Below are positions 44,798 through 53,434 of a DNA stretch of 64,000 nt, one piece after another. The notes beneath the pieces are model-generated. The model did not search any database. It saw only the letters and a program-made list of their open reading frames with translations, and was not told the origin of the DNA. Source of the stretch: a virus; the IMG/VR virus record IMGVR_UViG_3300036766_000644, positions 112,685 to 176,684 of that record. One strand, given 5' to 3'. The position numbers were made by a program, and so were the translations under genes. Position 1 is the stretch's first letter; each line of letters starts with the position of its first letter.

Positions 44798-45224
44798 AAT
44801 CGAACTGTTCCGTCATCTGACGGCGCAGAGGGCGCACCCTTGCGCATCCTGCACGAATGACATTTTCAAGATCATCATGGACCCGCTGACCCAATCGAAG
44901 CTCGAGGGCTACGAGAAAATCCGCGACAGTTTCTTTACGCTGCATGTCCACAATCCGACGCCGCTTGATGGCGGCGGAACCAAGCCCGTCATCATGTTTT
45001 ACACTTGGGTCGAGATCAAAGACGAGCTGTACATCCCGTATGTCACCCCAAGCGCTTCCACACTGGAGAAGGCTTTCCAGTACTTCAACGAGACCCTCAA
45101 ACGTGAACGACGACGCCTACGACGCGAAGCAAAAACGAGTGACTGCGCTGATGGACAAGTCGCTCCCAGAGCTCCAAAAAATCCTAGAAGACGCAACAAA
45201 GTTGAAGCTGATCGAGCTGATTGA
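44763..45224 (+). CDS. hypothetical protein (about 115-150 aa); 3' end overlaps next gene in another frame
   Basis: The N-terminus has C..C (HPCASCTND). The overlap with 45103..45582 suggests the true stop or start is near 45100-45150. Confidence 0.35.
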   Translation: MVKGMKGKRVTKIELFRHLTAQRAHPCASCTNDIFKIIMDPLTQSKLEGYEKIRDSFFTLHVHNPTPLDGGGTKPVIMFYTWVEIKDELYIPYVTPSASTLEKAFQYFNETLKRERRRLRREAKTSDCADGQVAPRAPKNPRRRNKVEADRAD

Positions 45225-45582
45225 AAACCTCGAGCCTAACATCAGCAAGCTGGTCTCCGACAATCTGAGAAACATCGTCGGGTCAGCGCTGGGCTTCGAA
45301 ACCAAGTGGTCCCAGTGGGAAGTTAAGAGCGAGTCACCGATCACAAGGGCCATTGGTGAGCTTGCGATGGCGCAAATCAAGCTGGTCTTCCCAGACTTCA
45401 TGGTGAAGATGTTGGCTGACAAGGAGTTTCAGGCGAAGCTCGACGCCGCTATTACCCGCCACTACGACTACCAGTTCAAACGAAAGATCTCTGAGCGCGT
45501 AGAGACGTGGCTGTCCGAAGAAGCGCAGCGCCAGAGCACTGCGATCATCGAGAAGCTCAAACCACCAGAGGTGAAGAAATGA
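45103..45582 (+). CDS. tandem paralogue A (shares AIGELAMAQIKLVFPDF-type segment with the next gene)
   Basis: Its GTG start at 45103 is uncertain. The segment ITRAIGELAMAQIKLVFPDFMVKML is similar to SAIARELGEHALTAIKHAIPDFTAGMV in the next gene. Confidence 0.4.
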   Translation: MNDDAYDAKQKRVTALMDKSLPELQKILEDATKLKLIELIENLEPNISKLVSDNLRNIVGSALGFETKWSQWEVKSESPITRAIGELAMAQIKLVFPDFMVKMLADKEFQAKLDAAITRHYDYQFKRKISERVETWLSEEAQRQSTAIIEKLKPPEVKK

Positions 45583-46103
45583 GCTACAACTACTGCAACG
45601 AACAGCGCGACGCCCAAGAGAAGGAGCTCAAGCGCCTCGAGGGGATGACGGTGGAGCAGCTCCAGGTAGTTCTCGACGAGCGGCTGAAGGAGAGTATCAT
45701 CGAGGCCATCCAGAAACTCCCCCAAGCTATCGACGCAAAGATCAGTACCGCGTCGTGGCACATCATCTGTGCTGCGATAGGGGTGAAGAAGGACTCCTGG
45801 CACGACAGCAAGTGGGAGGTCGATTCGCATAACGAAAAATCCGCTATCGCTCGGGAGCTCGGGGAACACGCCCTGACCGCCATCAAGCACGCCATCCCGG
45901 ACTTCACCGCGGGCATGGTGGAGTCGAACCCGCGGATCCCACCCATCAAGTCGGCGTACACTCGGGCGTTCAAGAGCAAGCTCGCCGAGCTCATTGACCG
46001 AAAAATCTGGGAGGTCGCAGAGAAGAGCGCCAACCGACGGTTCACAGAGATCATGGAGAAGCTCGGTGGCGAAACTGTTGACCCTCTCGACGATGAAGAG
46101 TAA
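45579..46103 (+). CDS. tandem paralogue B
   Basis: The ATG at 45579 overlaps the upstream stop (ATGA). Same architecture as paralogue A. Confidence 0.45.
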   Translation: MSYNYCNEQRDAQEKELKRLEGMTVEQLQVVLDERLKESIIEAIQKLPQAIDAKISTASWHIICAAIGVKKDSWHDSKWEVDSHNEKSAIARELGEHALTAIKHAIPDFTAGMVESNPRIPPIKSAYTRAFKSKLAELIDRKIWEVAEKSANRRFTEIMEKLGGETVDPLDDEE

Positions 46104-46107
46104 ACCG

Positions 46108-46416
46108 ATGAAGCTCGCCGCAGATTGTGTCCCATGCCCGGACGGCTGCGGCGAGCCGTGGTGCTCTGATTGTCAGATGCACTACGCCGACTGCGACTGC
46201 CCCGGGCCCCACAGTGAAGGAGTTGTCATGGCCGCATCCGATTCTCTCGTAGTAACCAGCCGCGTGAAGGCCGTCATCTCGGCGCTCGACATGCGTTCGA
46301 ATGACGAGTTCCTCGCGCATCTCAGCCTCAAGGTTCGAGGCATCATCGAGCAGGCCGTCGCCAAGGCGAAGACGGCGGAACGCAAGACGTTGAAGGTTGA
46401 AGATCTCGTAGGCTGA
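46108..46416 (+). CDS. Cys-rich protein (102 aa)
   Basis: ADCVPCPDGCGEPWCSDCQMHYADCDCPGPH at the N-terminus. Confidence 0.45.
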   Translation: MKLAADCVPCPDGCGEPWCSDCQMHYADCDCPGPHSEGVVMAASDSLVVTSRVKAVISALDMRSNDEFLAHLSLKVRGIIEQAVAKAKTAERKTLKVEDLVG

Positions 46417-46426
46417 GGTCTGGTTT

Positions 46427-46499
46427 TCCTCGATAGCTCAGTTGGTAGAGCGCGTGACTGTTAATCACGATGTCCCTGGTTCGAGCCCAGGTCGAGGAG
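46427..46499 (+). tRNA. tRNA-Asn (anticodon GTT)
   Basis: Acceptor tcctcga pairs with tcgagga. Anticodon loop ctgttaa. T-arm cctgg-ttcgagc-ccagg. Confidence 0.85.
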
Positions 46500-46503
46500 C
46501 AAG

Positions 46504-46576
46504 GAGATCGTAGCTCAGTAGGTAGAGCATCTGACTTTTAATCAGAGGGTCGCGGGTTCGAAACCCGCCGGTCTCA
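46504..46576 (+). tRNA. tRNA-Lys (anticodon TTT)
   Basis: Acceptor gagatcg pairs with cggtctc, including one G:U. Anticodon loop cttttaa. T-arm gcggg-ttcgaaa-cccgc. Confidence 0.85.
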
Positions 46577-46583
46577 AGTAGTT

Positions 46584-46655
46584 GGACGCTTAGCTCAGCG
46601 GCAGAGCAATGCCTTTACACGGCGTGGGTCGGGGGTTCGAACCCCTCAGCGTCTA
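46584..46655 (+). tRNA. tRNA-Val (anticodon TAC)
   Basis: Acceptor ggacgct pairs with agcgtct. Anticodon stem atgcc/ggcgt with loop tttacac. T-loop ttcgaac. Confidence 0.75.
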
Positions 46656-46745
46656 CATGAACAGAGAAACTGCATTCGAGTACTTGATGGTGTTTTCCCC
46701 GGTGATCTTCGTCATTCTACTGATGCTGTTTTTCTAGGAGGCCGC

Positions 46746-46943
46746 ATGCTCGAGTTCCGTAATCCGATCCCTGTCCTGGTTGAGGGTAAAGAGGGCTACG
46801 CCATCTACGTCACCAACGGAGGCACCTTTGAGCACGACATCTGGTGCGTCGTGATGTGCGACGACCGCACGGTGAAGCACCTCCGCACTGACCAGGTGAA
46901 GATCCACAAGAGCGGTACCTTCGACCCGCCAGCCGCGGACTGA
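46746..46943 (+). CDS. hypothetical protein (65 aa) between tRNA genes
   Basis: AGGAGG RBS 6 nt upstream of the ATG. Good codon bias. Confidence 0.45.
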   Translation: MLEFRNPIPVLVEGKEGYAIYVTNGGTFEHDIWCVVMCDDRTVKHLRTDQVKIHKSGTFDPPAAD

Positions 46944-46947
46944 CCTC

Positions 46948-47021
46948 GGGCCAGTAGCTCAAATGGTTAGAGCAGCGCACTCATAATGCGTCGGTTCCCG
47001 GTTCAAGTCCGGGCTGGCCCA
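46948..47021 (+). tRNA. tRNA-Met, or Ile2 if lysidinylated (anticodon CAT), elongator type
   Basis: The acceptor gggccag/ctggccc is fully paired. Anticodon loop ctcataa. T-arm ccggg-ttcaagt-cccgg. Confidence 0.8.
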
Positions 47022-47038
47022 CAACCCCAAGGAGCCCC

Positions 47039-47239
47039 ATGCCCAAAGCAACGCCACCCAAGAAGATGGCAGTACCTACTCCTGCGCGAAGTCCGATCGA
47101 CTTCACGCAGCTCCCCGCTACCTGCGTCTGCGGGAAGCCTCTGATGCTCATCCTGCAGCAGCCTTCGACGTTTAACATTTCGTGGCGCTGCTACTGCCCG
47201 TCGTGCAAGTGGCACGTCAGCGTGGTGCTCACCCGATGA
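47039..47239 (+). CDS. zinc-ribbon protein (66 aa)
   Basis: CVCGKP ... CYCPSCKWH. Confidence 0.45.
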   Translation: MPKATPPKKMAVPTPARSPIDFTQLPATCVCGKPLMLILQQPSTFNISWRCYCPSCKWHVSVVLTR

Positions 47240-47625
47240 TCCCCACGTTCAACGTAGGAGAGGTGTTTTACCGCTTCGTCGGTGACGCCACGAAGATGAG
47301 AGTTGAGCGCTACACCGTTTGTTTGGCAGATGGACACGTGACGACGCTGGAGGACAAATCGGGGCGTAAGTGGCCCGTCCGTAACGTGTCTCTCCAGCTG
47401 GAATTCTCAATGACGCAAGAGGGCGCGGTAGACCTCGAGATCGATCGCCTCAACGAAGAAGCCATGGCGTTGCAGGCGACCTTGAAGCGTACCCTCGGCC
47501 TCATCGCAGGCTACGAGATGTTCAAGACGGTAGCACTGCGCAAGACACCGACGACCCACGTCAAAGAAGAAGCCACCCAGGGCGAGTTGGCAGCGTCCAT
47601 CAAAGCAATCGAGGAGATCAAGTGA
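47236..47625 (+). CDS. hypothetical protein (129 aa)
   Basis: ATG at 47236 with ATGA overlap to the upstream gene. The track start at 47182 lies inside the previous gene. Confidence 0.4.
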   Translation: MIPTFNVGEVFYRFVGDATKMRVERYTVCLADGHVTTLEDKSGRKWPVRNVSLQLEFSMTQEGAVDLEIDRLNEEAMALQATLKRTLGLIAGYEMFKTVALRKTPTTHVKEEATQGELAASIKAIEEIK

Positions 47626-47858
47626 GTTTGACTGACCTGGAGAAGAATCAAATCTTGAAGCCGGTCTCCGCAGAGCTCGACCGGCAGAAGGAGAAGGCCG
47701 CGAAGTTCAAGAAGGAACGCAATACGGCGCGAGAGGCTCTGACTCTCGTGCGGGAGAAACTCCAAGGCCTGGCCACCGAACGCATGTCGCCGAGGATGTT
47801 GGCGGTCGTCATGGAGTCGTTGAAAGCTATCGGTGACGCTGAGAAGGAGATCAATTGA
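47622..47858 (+). CDS. small coiled-coil protein (78 aa)
   Basis: GTGA/ATGA-type coupling. Heptad-rich charged sequence. Confidence 0.4.
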   Translation: MSLTDLEKNQILKPVSAELDRQKEKAAKFKKERNTAREALTLVREKLQGLATERMSPRMLAVVMESLKAIGDAEKEIN

Positions 47859-48325
47859 GCAGCGATCCGTGCATCCACTGCCAAGGCGTCTTCCCGACGT
47901 CTGAGCACGACTGCGGGGTGAAGTACGTCGGTACCTTCGCACAGTGGGACGCCCAGCTGGACTCCCTGGGGCGGAGCCTTGAGGAGGCGACCAAGGAGGT
48001 AGCGCGTCTCAACGAAGAACTCATGAAGCGTGACACCGCCCCTGACTACGAGCGTGGAGAGATGGACGGCCAGGACGCGATGATGCGGCACCTCGTGAAG
48101 ATGGACGAGAACAACAGCGCCATGGCCACGGCGGTGAAGAAGAGCCCCTACGTCCAGGGGCTTCTACGGCTGCTGGCCCAACACGGTGACTCGCTCGAGT
48201 GCGCCAGCTACGCGTTTGGGCAAGAGTTTGACCCCGAAGCGGCCAAGGCGTTCCACTCGGAGTTTTGCATCGTGCAGAATCGGTGCGAGCTCTTCTCGAA
48301 AGATCTGGTACAAGACGATGGCTAG
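47855..48325 (+). CDS. hypothetical protein (156 aa)
   Basis: CIHCQGVFP ... H..C N-terminal Cys/His. Coupled to both neighbours. Confidence 0.4.
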   Translation: MSSDPCIHCQGVFPTSEHDCGVKYVGTFAQWDAQLDSLGRSLEEATKEVARLNEELMKRDTAPDYERGEMDGQDAMMRHLVKMDENNSAMATAVKKSPYVQGLLRLLAQHGDSLECASYAFGQEFDPEAAKAFHSEFCIVQNRCELFSKDLVQDDG

Positions 48326-48596
48326 CCTAGGCCCGATGGGCACTGACATCACGCTGACCTCGTCATACGGTACCGCACCCCCGAGCACCCAACCGATGCC
48401 GCAGGCGACCGCGTGCTCCGTTTGCCGAAAACATTACTCAGAGCATGTGGAAGAGAAGTGCCTGTTCGACTCAACGATGTTTCAGCAGGAAGACTTCTAC
48501 GCTTACCGCCAGAGGTTTGAAGCTTGGATGGCCGGGCAGCGCTTGGAGGATTGCTTGGCGCTGATCGTGTACAACCTCACGAGGGTGAAGCCATGA
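48318..48596 (+). CDS. Cys-His motif family protein (paralogue 3 of 5)
   Basis: ATG at 48318. ACSVCRKHYSEHVEEKCLFDSTMFQ. Confidence 0.5.
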   Translation: MASLGPMGTDITLTSSYGTAPPSTQPMPQATACSVCRKHYSEHVEEKCLFDSTMFQQEDFYAYRQRFEAWMAGQRLEDCLALIVYNLTRVKP

Positions 48597-48826
48597 CCGC
48601 GCCTGAGCCCCCTCTTCGCCTCCTGACCCCCGATGGGCGGTGGGCCATCGAAGTCTCCCAGACCGAGCAGGGGCAGTTCTGCGTCCTCGTCATCCTCGAC
48701 GGGGCCCACACCATGGAGTCGCTGCTCACCGATGATAGCGACAAGGCAATCACCTGGGCCTCCCGGCAAATGCGGGAGGTCATGCGGAGGAGTTCTTGTA
48801 CTCCAACTTCTTCAAAAACGAAGTAA
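48593..48826 (+). CDS. hypothetical protein (77 aa)
   Basis: The ATG at 48593 overlaps the upstream stop (ATGA). Confidence 0.4.
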   Translation: MTAPEPPLRLLTPDGRWAIEVSQTEQGQFCVLVILDGAHTMESLLTDDSDKAITWASRQMREVMRRSSCTPTSSKTK

Positions 48827-49161
48827 CCACGTTCACCCCCACGGGTCCGACGAGGGTGTACGAGAACGACATCATCGTCATCACCGTACGTGACAGTCAC
48901 ACGAACACCCAGAGCACAGCGGACGTTCGTTACCGCGTAAAGTATTCGAATCGGTCCTACTTCGACGTTACTCCGATCGTCAACGAAGCACCCCGCATCG
49001 TCTTCCCGACGCGCCTCGAGCTCAACAACCTGGCGGCTCAGCGGGGGGCGCGGGCAGAGAAGACGAAGCACAGCAGGATCCCCAAGAAGGCGCTGGTAGC
49101 CCGCACGAGCTACCAAGGGATGGCACGCCTACCGTGCTACAGATCAACGAGGCCTCGATGA
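48796..49161 (+). CDS. hypothetical protein (about 110 aa); start uncertain
   Basis: The ORF has moderate codon bias and overlaps the previous gene by 30 nt. Confidence 0.3.
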   Translation: MYSNFFKNEVTTFTPTGPTRVYENDIIVITVRDSHTNTQSTADVRYRVKYSNRSYFDVTPIVNEAPRIVFPTRLELNNLAAQRGARAEKTKHSRIPKKALVARTSYQGMARLPCYRSTRPR

Positions 49162-49373
49162 GCGATGGTGACTTCGAGTGTTCCGAAGCTGAAGAAGGTG
49201 TTCACGAGAGCCACTGCTTCCACGACGTCCCCGCCACCGACAAGCACTTCCCCGGGGCTGTGTGCTGCTGGTGCGGGGACATCTTCGCAGTGACCTGGGA
49301 AGAGTGCCCCTCTCACGGGGAGTACCTCCCGGGCGTCTTCAGGAAGAAGACGCCTAAGAAGAGGAAGCGCTGA
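49134..49373 (+). CDS. Cys/His-rich small protein (79 aa) with basic tail
   Basis: FECSE...HESHCFH...CCWCGD...CPSHGE ... KKTPKKRKR. Confidence 0.4.
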   Translation: MLQINEASMSDGDFECSEAEEGVHESHCFHDVPATDKHFPGAVCCWCGDIFAVTWEECPSHGEYLPGVFRKKTPKKRKR

Positions 49374-49449
49374 TGTGGAAAAAGAAGGATCCGATGCGCG
49401 ACCCGCACGCCGTCGTGCACATCTGCCGTGACCCGGAGCTCCACCGATC

Positions 49450-49827
49450 ATGGAAAACAAAGCTGTTTATGTGGGCCGTACTATTTACCCTTGTGGGCGT
49501 AGCGTTGGGAAGAGCACTGACCTCGCCTTGAAGGTTGAAACTGTGACCGAGGCAACGTGGGAGGAGATGCGCCGCTGCTCCAACTGTGGGCACGAGAAGC
49601 GTACGCACATGGAGGACGGCGCGTGCCTGTTCGAGCCAACGCAGTTCCAAGCTCCGCCACCGCCGAACATCGACTGGGAAGCCGTACACGGTCAAGTAAT
49701 GACGTGGTCCTCCTCCTCTACAGCAGAGGTCTCGATGAACCACGGACCCGCGCCGAAGATCCCGAAGTACAAGGCGGAGACGCGGAAGACATTCAGGGCT
49801 CCACGACCCCCTAAGGCTCGCCGATGA
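49450..49827 (+). CDS. Cys-His motif family protein (paralogue 4 of 5)
   Basis: RCSNCGHEKRTHMEDGACLFEPTQFQ plus an upstream YPCGRS. Confidence 0.5.
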   Translation: MENKAVYVGRTIYPCGRSVGKSTDLALKVETVTEATWEEMRRCSNCGHEKRTHMEDGACLFEPTQFQAPPPPNIDWEAVHGQVMTWSSSSTAEVSMNHGPAPKIPKYKAETRKTFRAPRPPKARR

Positions 49828-50084
49828 GCCTCATGATCGACGGCTGCATGAATTGCCACAAATCAAAGTCTGAGCACATGCCCGACGGGGCGTGTCTCTT
49901 CGAGCCGACGCGGTACAAGCCATTCCCCTCGGTCCTCTACTACCCACCATTTCCTACGGCGTGGGTGACTGAAAAGGAAGCTCGAGAATTCCAAAGCAAA
50001 CGCGACAAGGCACGGGACAGGCGCCCGTTCTGGAAGAAGTGGTGGGGCGCACTGCTCCGCTACCTGTCTGACTACCACTACTGA
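49824..50084 (+). CDS. Cys-His motif family protein (paralogue 5 of 5)
   Basis: GCMNCHKSKSEHMPDGACLFEPTRYK. ATGA coupling to paralogue 4. Confidence 0.5.
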   Translation: MSLMIDGCMNCHKSKSEHMPDGACLFEPTRYKPFPSVLYYPPFPTAWVTEKEAREFQSKRDKARDRRPFWKKWWGALLRYLSDYHY

Positions 50085-50090
50085 GGATCC

Positions 50091-52181
50091 ATGATCCCTA
50101 ACACCGCCGTACGGCTGGTCTCTTCGAGTCCAGTCGCTGCGAGCGCTGAGTTCGGCATTTCGCTGAAGGACAGCGCTCACATCATGACCATCCTGCGGGA
50201 CACCTTGTACTCCGACAAGGTGCTCGCAGTGCTTCGAGAGTACAGCGCGAACGCCTGGGACTCTCACAGGGACGCCGGAAAAGGCGACGTTCCGATCAAG
50301 GTAACACTCCCCACGGCCATGGACCCGTCGCTGGTCATCCGTGACTTCGGGGAGGGCCTGTCCCCCGACGAGGTGTTCAACATCTACACGCAGTACGGCT
50401 CGAGCACGAAGCGCGGGAGTGACAACGCCGTCGGTATGCTCGGGATCGGCAGCAAGTCCGGTTTCGCGTATTCTGACAGCTTCACGGTCACGTCGTACCA
50501 CGAAGGAAAGAAGAGCACGTACGTCGCGGTGCTCGACAAGTCTGAGAAGGGCGTCATCAACCTGCTGTGTGATGAGCCTTGCGGGGATGAGACCGGCATC
50601 GCAATCCAGATCGCAATTCGACCTGAAGACATCCGGGAGTTCACCCAGAAGGCGCAGAACCTCTTCCAGTACTTCATCCCGCGCCCCGACATCAACACGA
50701 CGCTCCCAAAGTTGCCCGCGGCCCAGGCGACTCTGAAGCACGGCGTCATCTACGAGCGGACCGACAACTACTACGGCGAGCGTCCGTGGGTAGCGGTCAT
50801 GGGCTGCGTCTCCTACAACGTCAATCTCGATCAAGTTAGTGAGAGTGACTCAACGAAGTTCGGCGGAGTCGCCAACTTTCTGCGCAACATCTCCGGGGCG
50901 CTGTACTTCGACATCGGGGAGGTCCAGGTCAGTGCTTCTCGAGAAGAGCTCAAGTACAGCGCTGAGACGAAGCTGGCGCTGGTCAAGAAGTTCAACGATT
51001 TGGTCGATGAGTACGTACGCCAGTCCCTGGATACCATCCTCAACGGCGGCTTCTCCTCCTGGGAGAAGCGCGTACGATTCCAAGTGCTGGCAAAGCTGCA
51101 CCTGCCCGTACCCGACGATTGTGCAACGCTGCTTGAAGGTTCGATCTCCGTTAAGGAGAAGGTACCCAAGAGCTTTGTCATCTTGCAGAACAGGACGCCC
51201 GTATCGAGTATCCGAATCAACGAAAACACGCGGTTTATCCTGTGGGATGACCGCCGGAGTCGGTCCGGGTTCCAGGACCTCACGGGATCGGACTACCTCG
51301 TCAACCCAGTCACGAAGGACGACAAAGGCAAGGCGATCAAGCTCGACTGGCCAGCCGTCGAGGCGGACCTGGCGGCGATGTGCGCGGCGGTAGACATCAC
51401 CGGCGTCCCCACCCTCAAGCTGTCTTCTTTTACCTGGGCGATGCCTACCAAGGTGGGCGGGCGCAAGATCAACCCGAAGCACCGGACACAGGTGTTCCGG
51501 TACAACCCCGAGGGCGGCTACTGCAAGCCCTGGTCTGACTGCTGGGAACCCGAGGACCGCGTCCCGGACCCGTCTGACGTCTTCACCATCATCTCCAACT
51601 TCCGCACCGTCGGCTTCGACATGGGGGCATACTACAAGGAAGATTCTTTGCTCGCAGAGGAGCTCGGGGGAGTTATCCCGCCGATCTACGGCTACAAGAC
51701 CACCGATAAGAAGCCAGTTGAAGAGAAGGACTGCGTCGGTACGCCGTATCAAACATGGCGAGACTCATTCGTAGCCTCGCTCATCGCCCCAGGTCTTCAG
51801 GTCAAGCTGGACCACTGGCACTGGTCTTCCGTTTTCTCCGAGGGGAGATACAACTGGAACTACCCCCGCGTAGGCAGTGACACTGTAAAGAAATTGACGA
51901 AGATCCTTGGCCCGACGCATTCGATCACGGTTTTCGCCGAGAAGTACTCCGACGGTGGCGTCTACTGCCACGCGCATCCCCATCTGAGCCAGGCGCTGGA
52001 TAGGCTGTCTCGACGCTTACCCGTCCAGACGTTGAAAGACTCAGCCGCACAGAAAGAACTCAAGGCGATCTACGAGAAGTACCCATTGCTCAAGGCGACG
52101 GAAGAAACTTCTGTTTGCGAGCTGTGGGGCAAGCACTCCGAGCACTGGGCGCAATACGTCAAACTCATCGACGCAATCTAA
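50091..52181 (+). CDS. rIIA-like protein with N-terminal GHKL (HATPase_c) ATPase domain
   Basis: N-box EYSANAWDS, G1 box IRDFGEGL, G2 box GMLGIGSKSGF. 696 aa. An rIIB-sized gene follows directly. Confidence 0.5.
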   Translation: MIPNTAVRLVSSSPVAASAEFGISLKDSAHIMTILRDTLYSDKVLAVLREYSANAWDSHRDAGKGDVPIKVTLPTAMDPSLVIRDFGEGLSPDEVFNIYTQYGSSTKRGSDNAVGMLGIGSKSGFAYSDSFTVTSYHEGKKSTYVAVLDKSEKGVINLLCDEPCGDETGIAIQIAIRPEDIREFTQKAQNLFQYFIPRPDINTTLPKLPAAQATLKHGVIYERTDNYYGERPWVAVMGCVSYNVNLDQVSESDSTKFGGVANFLRNISGALYFDIGEVQVSASREELKYSAETKLALVKKFNDLVDEYVRQSLDTILNGGFSSWEKRVRFQVLAKLHLPVPDDCATLLEGSISVKEKVPKSFVILQNRTPVSSIRINENTRFILWDDRRSRSGFQDLTGSDYLVNPVTKDDKGKAIKLDWPAVEADLAAMCAAVDITGVPTLKLSSFTWAMPTKVGGRKINPKHRTQVFRYNPEGGYCKPWSDCWEPEDRVPDPSDVFTIISNFRTVGFDMGAYYKEDSLLAEELGGVIPPIYGYKTTDKKPVEEKDCVGTPYQTWRDSFVASLIAPGLQVKLDHWHWSSVFSEGRYNWNYPRVGSDTVKKLTKILGPTHSITVFAEKYSDGGVYCHAHPHLSQALDRLSRRLPVQTLKDSAAQKELKAIYEKYPLLKATEETSVCELWGKHSEHWAQYVKLIDAI

Positions 52182-52189
52182 AGGACACC

Positions 52190-53386
52190 ATGACAATCAC
52201 ACCTCCGCCGTACACCCTCACCAACGCATCGATCACCGTCGTCTGGGAGGGCAAGCCGCACACCGTGCAGAAGGGGTCTCCCAACTTCAATGCACTGCGT
52301 AAAGCCATCATCGAAGAGAAGTGGGCGGCCATCCCGAAGAACCTCACCGTCGCCAAGAGCATCAAGGACTGGGCGAAGGGCAAGTTCACCCTGGCGGACA
52401 ATGTCTTCTCGTTCGAAGGCATGCCTCTCCCCAGCGGCATCAACGGGCGCATCCTCAAGATGGCCACCTCGGGCGAAGATCCGACTCCGCTGTTCAAGTT
52501 CTGGGAGCGCCTGCATAAGAACCCCTCCATGCGCTCAGTGGAACAGCTCTGGCCCTTCCTCGACCAGAAGGGAATCCCTATCACCAAGGACGGCCATTTC
52601 CTGGCGTACAAGGGGGTCAAGAGCGACTTCATGGATGCTCACACGGGGACCATCAGCAACAAGCCTGGGACGAAGCACGTGATGCCTCGTAACCAGATCT
52701 CGGATGACCCGAACCATGCGTGCCACGAAGGGTTCCACGTCGGAGCTCTCGAGTACGCACGTACCTTCTCCCAGAGGGTCGTCATCTGCGAAGTGGACCC
52801 GGAGCACGTTGTCTGCGTGCCCTACGACTCGAGCCAGCAGAAGATGCGTGTCTGCGAGTACAAGGTCATCGGCAACCACAACGGAAGCTACATGTCCTCT
52901 ACGACGCACTCGGAAGAGACCGAGGAGGCAGAGACGAACGACGAGACGTTCAATGCCAAGGGAACGGCGGCTGACGCTCCCGCCGACTACGACGTGAACA
53001 ACGACTTCCTCGCAGAGCCTTGCGATGAGTGCGGCAGCAAGATCCCGCCGGACTGCACCTCGGAGGACAACAAGTACCACTCTCCGGAGTGCGGCCTCTA
53101 CAACCCGGATCTTCCAGAGGAAGAGGAGAAGAAGCCCGCGCCTGCGAAGCCTGCCAAGAAGACCGGCAAGCAGAAGAAGAAGGAGCACAAGGCCAAGAAG
53201 AAGGCGGGCAAGGTCATGGCGCAGAGCTTTGACAAGCTCAAGAAGATGGACATGGTCGGCCTCCTCAACGAGTCCCTCGACGCGCTGCGGGCCTACGCAG
53301 GCAAGGGCCTCCAGATCGTAGGAGCGTCGAAGATCCCTGGAGGCAAGACCGCCCTGGTGTCGGTCATCATGAAGACGAGGGGCTGA
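52190..53386 (+). CDS. rIIB-like protein (398 aa) with Lys-rich C-terminal tail
   Basis: ATG at 52190, 9 nt after the upstream stop. Glu/Lys-rich C-terminus EEEEKKPAPAKPAKKTGKQKKKEHKAKKKAGK. The call rests on position only. Confidence 0.35.
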   Translation: MTITPPPYTLTNASITVVWEGKPHTVQKGSPNFNALRKAIIEEKWAAIPKNLTVAKSIKDWAKGKFTLADNVFSFEGMPLPSGINGRILKMATSGEDPTPLFKFWERLHKNPSMRSVEQLWPFLDQKGIPITKDGHFLAYKGVKSDFMDAHTGTISNKPGTKHVMPRNQISDDPNHACHEGFHVGALEYARTFSQRVVICEVDPEHVVCVPYDSSQQKMRVCEYKVIGNHNGSYMSSTTHSEETEEAETNDETFNAKGTAADAPADYDVNNDFLAEPCDECGSKIPPDCTSEDNKYHSPECGLYNPDLPEEEEKKPAPAKPAKKTGKQKKKEHKAKKKAGKVMAQSFDKLKKMDMVGLLNESLDALRAYAGKGLQIVGASKIPGGKTALVSVIMKTRG

Positions 53387-53396
53387 GCAACAGCAG

Positions 53397-53430
53397 CACG
53401 GCGCCCCAGATCATCGGGGCGCTGTTTTTT
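53397..53430 (+). terminator. rho-independent terminator after rIIB-like gene
   Basis: cagc-acg-gcgcccc agatcatc ggggcgc-gctg followed by tttttt. Confidence 0.6.
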
Positions 53431-53434
53431 AGCT

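Noticed and set aside
50850-51752. Minus-strand 300-aa ORF inside the rIIA-like gene, plus 50341..50736 and 50839..51393 on the plus strand
   Set aside because: Alternative frames of a gene with GHKL motifs. The translations are Arg/Ser/Thr-rich low complexity.
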